From Tubulanus polymorphus (Eukaryota > Animalia > Nemertea): 64,000 bases of DNA. Shown here one piece after another: positions 31,118-41,662 of the stretch. The stretch is taken from positions 3,782,001-3,846,000 of the forward strand of contig NC_134028.1 of the NCBI RefSeq assembly GCF_964204645.1, given 5' to 3'. How positions within the stretch are numbered: position 1 is the first letter of the stretch; each line of letters starts with the position of its first letter. Both the position numbers and the translations under genes were made by a program. The notes under the pieces were generated by a model, which saw only the letters and a program-made list of their open reading frames with translations, was not told where the DNA came from and did no database searches.

Positions 31118-31408
31118 CTGTTCTTTTCTCACGAAATATCCAGCGGCTGAAGTTGCTGACCCGAAATGAAGTATTCGGTCAACACCAGCAGTACCGGTAG
31201 ACGACTCCTATCGTAGTAGTTCCACGTGAAGTTGGTGTTGCATTCGTGCTCTGCGAGAAGCTGCATCGATTGTCGCCTTGATGTTGTTCCGTCGTATACG
31301 TTTGTTGTCACCAGACAACGTGCGCGAGACGACGCATCCAATCGAGCAGACGGCAACATCTAAACAGCGTGAGGCAGCCTGCAGCAGGTAAAACCGACAG
31401 AAACTGTA
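31118..31408 (-). other. Probable non-coding first (5'UTR) exon of the RASD gene
   Basis: Consensus donor CAG|GTAAGT on the - strand at 31118/31117. The first coding exon has an acceptor (tttttcag) at 24596, upstream of its ATG, so it needs an upstream exon. A TATA box lies about 30 nt upstream of the inferred start. Confidence 0.55.
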
Positions 31409-31520
31409 ACGACCACGAACACGCCTGCCTCCTTTATACCCCCGTTTTGGCCAGGAAATTCCGACGGTGTCGTATTTTACGGCCCAGCGAGGCGCGAGCC
31501 TGGACCCGCATTGGCTGGCG
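31400..31520 (-). promoter_or_regulatory. Candidate RASD core promoter (TATA, Inr-like, CCAAT)
   Basis: On the - strand: TATAAA at 31433-31438, Inr-like ACAGTT near 31402-31407, CCAAT at 31510-31514. A kappaB-like GGAAATTCC lies near 31455-31463. The region is locally GC-rich. Confidence 0.45.
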
Positions 31521-32096
31521 CCGAAAGTTGAAACTTCATCAAACACGCGTCAATCAACACACCCTTCAATGAATATGATAATTCCTGCGACAGTTTCTGT
31601 GGTCGTTACTTTATTGCTGTCCGTTACTGATTGAATGATTTATTATTAGTTAATGCGAGCTACGACAATCAACATGGGAATATTTACGGCAATAGTGAAC
31701 CAGCGATAAGATGCAAATCAATCAGCCCGTATATCCAGGTGCCATTCAGGGAAGGATTGTCTTTTGTGTTTGCTTGATTTGATTTTCTCTGGTAAAACAC
31801 GTTTCGTCGGTGTCCGTGTATTATTGCGCTTATCGAATCGCGATGGAACATGACTTCGATACGCGGTTGAATCTGACGCACACGAGACAAACTGACTTAT
31901 CTCGTCGCTTGCTTAATTCCTCGTTCAAATAACTCGCGGCTTGAAGACATTTGTAAGGATTAAGCGATGGAAACGGTATCTTCTTTTAACCTTGGAGCAG
32001 ATATCACACGTCAAACATAAGATAATCTCCGAGTTGCAGACGAATAATTACAATTCTCAGATCCTAACTTGAATATTCTAGGTTTACTAAACACAA

Positions 32097-32212
32097 GGGC
32101 CCAGTTGCAGAGTCGTAACTTCAATTCTTAAATATAAGTTGCTTGATTGACTACAGAACTAAGATGGTCTAATAGTGGTCTTAAATCTTAGCCATCACTG
32201 TGCAACTGGCCC
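32097..32212. mobile_element. MITE with GGG(C)CCAGTTGC termini (related to the 35.1 kb element)
   Basis: GGGCCCAGTTGCA ... TGCAACTGGCCC; internal sequence differs from the 35.1 kb copy. Confidence 0.65.
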
Positions 32213-33173
32213 TCCGAGAAAATGCATACCAAACACTCTTTCAGTATATTGAATTAAAATCTCTGATGAAGTCATTAGTAAGTTTAAATATCACTCAGTT
32301 TTTTGGAGTGTTTTGTTGTGGAATTCGTAGTTCAGTATATCATTCGTAAAACTGGAAACTCTGGAAAGTTAGTATCCTGTAATATAATTGTGTATGTGAG
32401 CGCACGCTTGTTATTATTACAGCGAGGTATAACTTACTAATTTAATAGACGTAAGACGTGGCTTTATCTAATTCGGTTACAAGCGTGAAATATTGCCGAG
32501 TAAAGGCAGATTTTTATGGCCGAATGTAATTTACCACTTCATATCATTCGCGTATTAATCAGTGGTGTGAGATTGTCAGTGGTTGTCCCTAATGAAATCA
32601 GTTCGGTTGGGTAAACTGCGAATTACACGGAACTTAGCCTGAGCGAATAGCTGTTAATCGAAGCTCGCCGTGTTTTATTAATCGTCTTCGCATTCATCCC
32701 GTGACAAAAACGGTGCAAGATGCCGAAAAATGGACGAATCGAAACCGATACGTTTTCGATTGAGATCGAACGGTGTCGAAGGTAGTTAAACCGACAATTA
32801 CTGTCAATATCGGCGACAGTGAGGGGACACCGATCGCGCGCCAATCGAGAACATTCATCACGATCGAAACGAAAATCGAATCTGTCTCGAACTTCGCCCA
32901 GTATCGAGGAGTTCTATTCGACGGCGGTTTTTAGATCACCAAAAATGATTGAAAAATGGAAATCTAATTACCGAATAGCTACATGTCGCAACAAGAATGA
33001 TTCGACGAATTGATCGCTTTTTTCTTGGAAAGAAGTGCAAATGTATCTGAATCAATGTCATATGTCAGATGATATATTTGATAGAACATGTAACATTGGG
33101 CACAGGTATTCAACTAAATAAATGAAGAAATCCCACACTTCGAATTTGAAATTATACTATCAAATTTATTATT

Positions 33174-33234
33174 ACGAAACCACAACGTTTCGGCTGTTGA
33201 CTAACAACCATCATCAGGTATTCAACTGTTTCGT
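33174..33234 (-). ncRNA. Minimal type-I hammerhead ribozyme motif (Penelope-like-element type), core intact
   Basis: The - strand reads ACGAAAC agttgaa UAC CUGAUGA U GGUUGUU AGUC AACAGCC GAAAC GUU GUG GUUUCGU. It has both catalytic boxes, a 7-bp stem II, a bulged stem I (UAC/GUG plus ACGAAAC/GUUUCGU) and a palindromic ACGU in place of stem III. AAUAAA follows. Confidence 0.7.
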
Positions 33235-33571
33235 GATACGTGTTCTATCAAAAATGCATCTTCAGTTGATTTTTTGAAAATGATTCGGTGGGCGTTAGGG
33301 GTTCCCTAACTACTTATGTCGTCAAGCTCGAAATTTAGATACAGGTTATATTAGTAGATACGACAAGCGAAATCGCTTGGAAATTGCGTCCTGTTTGGTG
33401 CAGATGGTTGCGCGCATTTTTACCGCCAATCAATTATTCGTAAGACGTCTACTAAAAATTTACGATACCGATAGGAATTGTTGGAGCAGTTCTCGATATA
33501 TTGGCGGCTGAGTTATGATTTTCTGAGGTTCTCATAACCGATTTAGGTGCATCGTCGATATCGACATTTTC

Positions 33572-33597
33572 ACGACGACGACGACGACGACGACGAC
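33572..33597. repeat. (ACG)n microsatellite, about 8 units
   Basis: acgacgacgacgacgacgacgacgac. Confidence 0.9.
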
Positions 33598-35044
33598 ACG
33601 GTTTTCATCGAAGCTCATCTGTAAGCGACCGATGCTGTATTAGCGTTTGTCATGTTTACAACAGTTTGCAATTTATTTCGACGATGACGTCATCTCGTTA
33701 CGCTTTTGATGCCATTCGACCGTTTTGTTGTACCAATGCGCATATACGACGTTTTTCTAAAGACTCGCAGGTTCTGCAAGAACGGACACCGCGGTCTTTT
33801 CTTTACTAACTACATTCATCTTTGACGTGATTCGTACACAACATTCAAACGAAACGTATTTCTTTTTCTCCTTATCTTTTATCCCGCGTTCAGGTCCCGA
33901 GCGACGACATCTTCAACCTCAATGAAACACTCGTTTATATTCGACTTGGATCTATTTACGCGTCTCTTAGTTAATTACTCGTAGTTCGAAGGTTTATGTA
34001 TACGGCGGGTGTGTTTATTTCTCGCTGATACTTGTTAGAAATGTCTAAAGAAAATCAAGTTATCGACGGAAGTTTTATATTGCTGTCCATCGATATAATT
34101 AAAATCTATATATCTTGATATTATTGGCTTTAGTTGATTCACTCGATATGGGGGATTGAATTATAATAAACTGATTCAAAAATTTCTTGACCTTCCTGCT
34201 ATATTTGGCATTTTCAATCAGTTAAGTATTTACTTCTGCTACATATGGTATAGATGGTGGGTGTAATGAGTTAATCTCAGGAAGAACCACGAATCAAAGC
34301 TCTTCTAATCATTTATAATCAAGCAACGAAAGTTAGATCTATTTGTTAACAATACATTGATCGTGCTATGTATCAATATCCAAAAAAAAGATTTTATCGG
34401 CAGTATAATGATATATATCCTTAGATATTTCCCTCCGGGTTTCACATTGTGACAGATCGATACCGCAATAGTCGAGATAATTAATTAATAAATCACGGAT
34501 ATCCCTATGTCCCCTGCGTAAACACGAGCTTTTCGATAATCCTTCAAAGTAATTCACTCATCGTTCTTCTGATCTCTAGTCGATGACGATTTTCAATTTG
34601 ATCCTAGGTGCCTGCGCGTCTCTATCGTCAATCCGTACCGACTGACGATCGCTCGCGGCCGCGTGTACTACCAGCCCACATCCTCTAAAATCGATCTTAT
34701 TAAATTTTGTTTTCACGAAATACCACGTCGCAACGAAGCTGCTGTATAACCGGATTATTTCTCTTCGCAGAAATGATCAACCGCCCGAACGTCATACCTC
34801 CGTTCATTCGGTTACACAAACGAAAAGTGATCCCCAAACGTAATAAGCTTAGACTGAAAAATGTCTGACTTTTTGACGCCGTCAAAAACCGTTAAAAACG
34901 GTTTTTTTATGCGGTGCAACTGCTATGTGGCAGTGACTGAGCACAATTGAATTTACGTTTCAAAATAGTGGGTACATTGGCGATTTATTTTCACGAATCC
35001 TATTTCAAATGCATTCTAATGGCAATCGGGATGTGAATGGATGT

Positions 35045-35310
35045 GGCCAGCTGAATGTCAGGCCAGTCTTAACAGGCCAGCAGAATGTCAGGCCAGTCTT
35101 AACAGGCCAGCTGAATGTCAGGCCAGCAGGGGCCAGTTGCTCAAAAGTTGGTTAAAGATAACCGGCAGATAAATACCATAGCAACAATGAAATTTCAATT
35201 GTCACTATGTCAACTATCCACTGGTTAACTCAAGCCAACTTTTGAGCAACTGGCCCCTGAATGTCAGGCCAGTCTTAACAGGCCAGCTGAATATCAGGCC
35301 AGTCTTAACA
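35045..35310. repeat. 30-bp tandem repeat (GGCCAGCTGAATGTCAGGCCAGTCTTAACA), about 4.5 units, interrupted by the MITE
   Basis: Units at 35045-35074 and 35075-35104, partial at 35105-35129, resuming at 35257-35310. Confidence 0.85.
35127..35259. mobile_element. MITE (PIF/Harbinger-like, CWG flanks) inserted in a 30-bp minisatellite
   Basis: TIR GGGCCAGTTGCTCAAAAGTTGG ... CCAACTTTTGAGCAACTGGCCC (22 bp, perfect), flanked by CAG and CTG. Confidence 0.8.
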
Positions 35311-36789
35311 GTGAAACGCCACGCACCACATAATACAGTTGTGTCCTGGGTATCATCATTCCGTTAAATTTCCCGTCATTTCTTACTGCGTATCAATATC
35401 AAAGAAGTATATATAAACTTTCATATTAGTTTTTTTGATGATATGAGATCAGTTTCGATCAAATGACAAGGTGCAGCGGGAGATCGTGTTGTTTAACTAG
35501 GCCTCCCATTGTTTCGACATTATCGACGCGGTTTTGACGGTGGTTTCAGTGATTACGGCAGATCTGCAGATGCGCGTTCGCCTAATTGCTACATTTTGAA
35601 ACAAACACAGAAAGTACGATTATAGGTATAATGAAATAGCATCAAGTAGTCATCACTGGTGGCGTTGCGTATACTTAAGAGGTTTCATACTCCGGACGGA
35701 TAAGGTGCTCAATCATCATTGTCGACGTACCTGACTTCCGGGCTGCAATGAAGAGAGCTGCTTTTCTATAAAAGAAAACACAACGACGAATCCAAAACAT
35801 CCGGCATCTCTGCCTGCACCTTCAGCGATAGATGAGAATGAACTCTGCTTTTTAAGATCGATGACGGTATATATATATTCTAGCAACCTTCCTGTTTTTG
35901 TGAGGCAGAAATGGAATTCTTTGTAGCCGCCTTCATTTTCCGGTGAAAAAAATCTTACAAAGAAAGAAATGTCGTGTTTGGATCTCGTAGGAAATCTTTA
36001 TATATAAAAAGGACGGGCGATGCTCGATGAGATTGTATCTCGTAATGTTACGTCTTCGAACATGTTATACACCCAAGGTCGCATAATCTACGATTCTCCT
36101 TCACCTACGTAATGCGTATTTGACTTCGTGATCGTCGGGTAGAATTTCCTTTAGACCGAATTAGAGACATCCGCCAGACTAGCCTTCAACATAGATGGTC
36201 TTACGTGGTGGATGGTTTAGTGTCGATAGCTTGTAGTTAGTGGATTCTCTTCCCGCGGCATCTCTGACTTCACTTGTGATTTCCGCCGCGCTCTCCGTTT
36301 GATGATGAATTTAATTTCACGTCTAATACCAATTTGACATTCAGGTTGATGTAAAATCACAGGGTGAGATAGCGCGAGAGACGCGTTAGGCGTCGGTACT
36401 CTGATAAGCTTCGGAGAAAATTCAACACTTAATTCACCACGTTCCAATATTGCAAGAAAAGATGCCAATCGAAAACAGTAATTAAATTTCTAGAATTCAT
36501 CTAAAGATTCATCCCAATTGCGATCGTTTACAGATTTGACAGGGCTAAATCTGATGGATACAGCGAGTCCGAATCCGAATCTGCTGGTAATATGCAGGCA
36601 ATACTCCAAAACCTCGGTCCCGTTGTGAGGTTAAATGAACGACCCATAGGGTAAGTCTTGGTAAACCAAGATCCGAACGACGTAAAGCAAATAAACGGAC
36701 AAGCGATTGAACCGAAAATGTTCATCAGTCGTTTCTAGAAAACGATAGAACGGCTTTTACACAGTTTATCTGAGTCACAAGACTAGTCT

Positions 36790-36832
36790 GCTATATATAA
36801 CTGCCCTTAAATATCTATTTGTTATCTCAATC
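36790..36832 (+). promoter_or_regulatory. Candidate TATA box for the SLC46-like gene
   Basis: CTATATATAA at 36791-36800, about 230 nt upstream of the ATG at 37024. Motif match only. Confidence 0.3.
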
Positions 36833-37023
36833 ACGGAACTAGGACAGCAATTGTTTAGCTATCAAGGACAGCACCACACAACTCTCATAAGTGATAGGGG
36901 AATTCAGCCTGACGGGGTCGAAAGACAACAGTGTTGTTTGATCAATGTTTTTATTGCGGAAAACGACCGTTAATCCTTCATGTAATCCGTCTGAGACAGT
37001 GTCGTTTGTTTTCAACGGAAGAA

Positions 37024-38905
37024 ATGTCGAGCAGAGCATCTTTCTACGATTCTGGTTCTTATCAAGCGGACGATGAAAGTTACGAGGATGAAGTAGTTAC
37101 TAATACAGGGAGGGGTAGAAGAAACCTAAAACGAGTGAGAGATGACGACTTCACTCGCCAGAAAAACAACGCCAAAGCCACGGATAAGAAGGTTCTCGTC
37201 CCGCCCGCAACGGCTAACAGAGATAGTTACTTCACGTTCGGATATTTCGTAGAGCCTATCGCTCTAATGCATTCGATGTCCGTATCCGGAGTGCCAGCGT
37301 TAGTGCAAGAATATCTGATGACAAAATTCGGGAACATAACCTACTTGTCGCAAACGGACACATCGAGAAGATGTTTACCTGCGCAGAACGACACTAAACT
37401 CATCGAATACATCGAAAGAGAAGCTGCGAAGTGGACGTTGTATACGAACCTTGCGTCGATTATTCCTGCTGTTTTCATCACGCTGTTATTCGGTCCGGCC
37501 ATCATTCGTAAAGGTCACCGATGGGCGTACGTGATTCCTATTGCGGGTAGTCTATTGAAATCGTTGCTTTACTCTTTCACCGACAGCTTCGACTGGCCTG
37601 TTTGGACTTTGTTGATCGGACATTTTGTCGAAGGTATATGCGGCCATTACGGTTTACTTTACACGGCTATTCTATCGTTCGTAGCCAATTCGTCGTCGGA
37701 AAAGAATCGCGGCCTGCGTATGTTCATCATAGCCGTATTTGTTAATCTGGGCATCGGTTTCGGGGACACGGCATTGGTCGTGTGGGCGAGGGAAAGTGGA
37801 TTTCTCTTTCCTTACATGACCGTCATCACGATTCTACTGGTGAACTTTTTCTACTGTATTTTCCTGTTTCCGGCGTCGAATTTCGATCCGGAAGCCTCCG
37901 GAACGAGCGTCGAACCCGGATTCCGTCAACTGCAACAAGTGCGGAAACTATTCACGGAGACTCGAAACAAACGCCGTACGTTACTGATACTAACATACAT
38001 CGCGTTCGTATTCAACATCCTGCCCAGAACCGCAACCAGACAAATACTCGTCTACTTCCAAATGAACCTACCTTTATGTTGGAATTACTTAAAGATTATG
38101 ATATTCAAAGCGTACAGAATACTTTTCAAGTGTCTTTCGGGCTTAATCTTGGTCCTGATAAGTAGAGGCAGGGTACCCGACTTGGTAGTCGCTATGATCG
38201 GTGCTTTTTCGAGCGTATCAGAGACTGTCGCTGATGCGTTTGCTAGTGATGATATAATGATGTATTTTGGTAGGTTTTTTACATAGCAGAAAACCTGTTA
38301 CCGTCCCACACTTGCTCTACTTTAATACTAATTGCTACTTTAATACTAATTGCTACTTATTACTATTCTTCTAACGATGCCTATTTCTTTTTCATGTCCA
38401 GTTCCAGTAATCGGTGCTCTGACGTTAGTAACAGCGCCGTTTTTGAGGACCTACATTTCAAAACTCATTCCTCCGGATGAATACGGTAAGTTTGTTGGAC
38501 GCCTTTCGAATTTCTCGATAACTGATCGTTCACCTCGTTTAACTGTTTTTTTTTTACAGCGAATGCATTTGGATTTTTGAACGTATTTGAGTTGGTATTT
38601 GTGTTCACTGGCTATGTCACGGCGGGATATGTTTACTACGGAGCTTTCAGTTTTATAAAACCTGGTTTCGTTTATTTTTTCTTCACGGTTATCGGTATCG
38701 CGGTCATCGTGATAATCATGTAAGAGTCTATTTCGCATAAAAACCTCCGAATCTGTTATTAGTCGTAAGCGAGACATCTCGAAATCCTGAACGATATTTT
38801 CGTTTTTTTTTCAGATTCTTGATACGTAATCAACAGATGCGACGCGAGCGATTACCGAGTCGAATTCGTGTTTCCACAATAAGCGCTTTCTCAGAAACTG
38901 TTTAA
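37024..38905 (+). CDS. SLC46-family (PCFT/SLC46A-like) MFS transporter, divergent, 526 aa, 4 exons
   Basis: Exons 37024-38269, 38402-38485, 38560-38719, 38815-38905 (TAA); 1581 nt in frame. Multiple hydrophobic helices and SLC46 hallmarks: VEP in TM1, QEYL, WTLYTN (PCFT WTLYMN), R..RM, PLCW, P.LR..ISKL. Confidence 0.88.
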
Positions 38906-39515
38906 CGCTAGATCCACGACATCACACTTACCCCCGATCACGAACGGATTTCAAAGCTATTCTTTAAAAACTTCATTTTCTGATTTGTTGTACTAAACTT
39001 TTCTGATCGATGCCTGGAAACGCTTAGGTTGCATCTCTGCTTATGATATGGAAATGAGTCTTTCTCTTTGTAATTGTTAAATAGAGACAACTGTATGATA
39101 CCGTACCGCCTTTGTAAATATATAGAGAAATTAGTGATTTGGGTGTGAAATATATATTTATATATCACTGATTCAAGCATTTTAGGTGGTTTTCGTTATC
39201 TGTTGTACTTCTAATGGGTTTCATTCAGCTTCTTTGAATTGATGAATCTGTACGAAATGGCCTAATGGGCAGAACTCGATGACCAACGTTATCCCAAATA
39301 GAATTAAACAATGAAACAGGAAAACATCGAGTTTCTTCAGTACACGATCTCGTATAGAATACGTTTCTTTATTGCATATCAATAATAACAGTGAACTGAA
39401 CAACAGCAATAATTCCAACTGCTTTTTATAACACTAAATTTGCCATTTCGCAACTAGAATAACTCAAATATCACGTATGCGCTCGCTGAATAAAATGTAA
39501 TCCGTGTCGTTCTTA

Positions 39516-39725
39516 AAACAAGGGTGATTTCTAAAAGAAATTTCCTGCGCAGGTTGGTTTGCTTTCGAATGATTTGTCAAATACAAGATTAAGATTCGTA
39601 TAAATTCTATATTTTTTAAGTTTCGTAATCGAAAGTTCTAGGATTATAATGATCATCGTGAAACTCCAGACATTTTTCAGCAATTGATTTTCCATATCAG
39701 ACAACCCGCCAGGTGGCGGTGACGT
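39516..39725 (-). repeat. Dispersed repeat of about 210 bp, copy 2
   Basis: Inverted copy of 7745-7958; begins AAACAAGGGTGATTT, resembling TACAGGGTG mariner-type termini. Confidence 0.75.
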
Positions 39726-40816
39726 ATAAGACTACGGAGTCTAACATCTTAATAACCCGTATATGATTTTCTCGAATAAACGACTTATGTTTAACCTTTA
39801 AATAATTCAGAATCACGAATGAACGCTTAACACGAAATAAAAATATTTGATTCGTAGCGCTAATGAACAAGATAATGCTTGAAAGCGGGATAGTAGTGTA
39901 CAGTATAATATGATTATCTTTCTATAACGATTGACTGCAAAACCCGTAACGAAAACAATGACTAGAATTTATCACAATTATCATTATCACTATACAAAAC
40001 ATCACCTTATTGTATTCATTATAGTATTATGATAATATATTCTACTACTTTCTACTAAACTCCCATAACAATTAGATTGATATATGTATCTACAAAGCAA
40101 ATCGTTGAGTCCTTAATACAACAAGACCTATTTTATTTACAATGAGTGGATTCGGTAATGCATATGTTTGGACCAACGATACTATAGACTATTATAGCTC
40201 GGCTCCGTCCAAGACAAAGCTGGTAGTTTCTTTCTAAAATATATAGTATATCAAATCAATATATTGTTGCTTTTCTATATAAGACTATCTTTGTTTTAAT
40301 ATACTTGCGCTATCTACATTCTCATACATTTATATATCAATGAGTTTCTAATATAGTTGATATCTTTATCTAGGTATATATATTTTACGGGGATAATTTT
40401 ACCTTGAAACCGATAGAAAAAAAATGTTGATATGTTTTGTTATAACTGGTGAAAAAATGCTCTGATTCATGTCGAAATTATTGCTGTTTCATGATTCGAT
40501 TAATCACCTAAGCGAATGGATATGAATATGAGAATGTCTGACGACTGTTTAATGAGGAAGGAAAGGACAGAAGAGAAGAAAGAAAAGCAGAGCAGCGCGC
40601 AGGCGTTAATGAAAATAAAATGGGGATTTAGTTAGACGTGAACATAAAGTATGAATCGGAGAGAATAGTAATATCAAGGTTACGCTGAGCGCATAGAAGA
40701 TAAAAAGGAAAGTTGGAAAAGTCTGACTAGAAATAAAAATGCGCGGTTGCGATTAAACACAGCTATAAAATGAATAAATCATTGACACCGAATTGATAGG
40801 CAGGTTACTATCTAAT

Positions 40817-40926
40817 CGGGCTGGCCGCAGGAAAACCTCGTTAGTCTGGCAGTATGGTTTAGTGGCTTATCTGTAGTTAGTGAACTATGGTTAGGTTTTA
40901 ACAGAGTTTTCCCTGCGTCCGTCCCG
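40817..40926. mobile_element. Degenerate fold-back element with internal GGTTAGG motif
   Basis: CGGGCTGGCCGCAGGAAAACCTCGTTA versus the reverse complement of the right arm, CGGGACGGACGCAGGGAAAACTCTGTTA. Confidence 0.45.
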
Positions 40927-41662
40927 GGGTGATATTGCTACGATAAGTCAAGCATAATTGATCCTTCGAAATAATTCACCCTACACATATAGTTGAGTAT
41001 GATATATAATGATTGTACTGCTTTTTACTAATATATACTAATATATCTATCTACATGAGGACATTTGTCCGAAAATTGCATTGGTCATTTAAAAAACCGG
41101 TTTATTTCTAGCATGTTGTACGCTCGCTTTATCCATATGACTTCACCAGTTTCTTCTACGATTCGTTTCCAGCAACGAATAGAGCGTTTTAACTTATCTA
41201 TTAAAGCTTTGATAATCGATAACAACATATACGTCTGACATTTGATTATGTACACAACAATGATTAAAATTATCTCATATTTTCAACAACGATAAATTAT
41301 TTTCATGAACTCAACAAACCGCATTTCAATGTATATAGAATCTGAAAATAAAACCATCAAAGGGAACTTAGTTAGAAAACAATAGTGGTTTCTATCAATT
41401 TCCAGTTGACTTTTCAGATGTACATGTATACATAATAACATAAAATAATAGTGGATATGCTTTAATATTTTGCGTGCATAACATTTTTGAGTGGAATCAT
41501 CTATTTTCCAAACTGATATGAATGCGTAACCCTGTAATTTTGAAATACTTTCACGATCGTGCGCAGAGAGAACTTTCTTTTTGTTTTGTGTCCGTACGAA
41601 CATTCGGGACCAGTACAAAAATGGTTCGTCGTCCCTGGTCGAATTCAATCTTTTTCCCCTAA

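Noticed and set aside
34870-34906. Two overlapping short palindromes resembling a terminator
   Set aside because: A/T-run-driven and short; rho-independent terminators do not apply to this eukaryotic locus.
35045-35310. CRISPR-like array
   Set aside because: Head-to-tail units without unique spacers, no cas genes, and a eukaryotic context.
36931-37023. GTG-initiated extension of the SLC46-like ORF
   Set aside because: A non-ATG start from a prokaryote-style ORF caller; the first in-frame ATG is at 37024.
41283-41648. 121-aa ORF just after the ChAT stop, as a possible stop-codon readthrough extension
   Set aside because: It is not in frame with ChAT; in-frame reading past TAA meets TGA after five codons.
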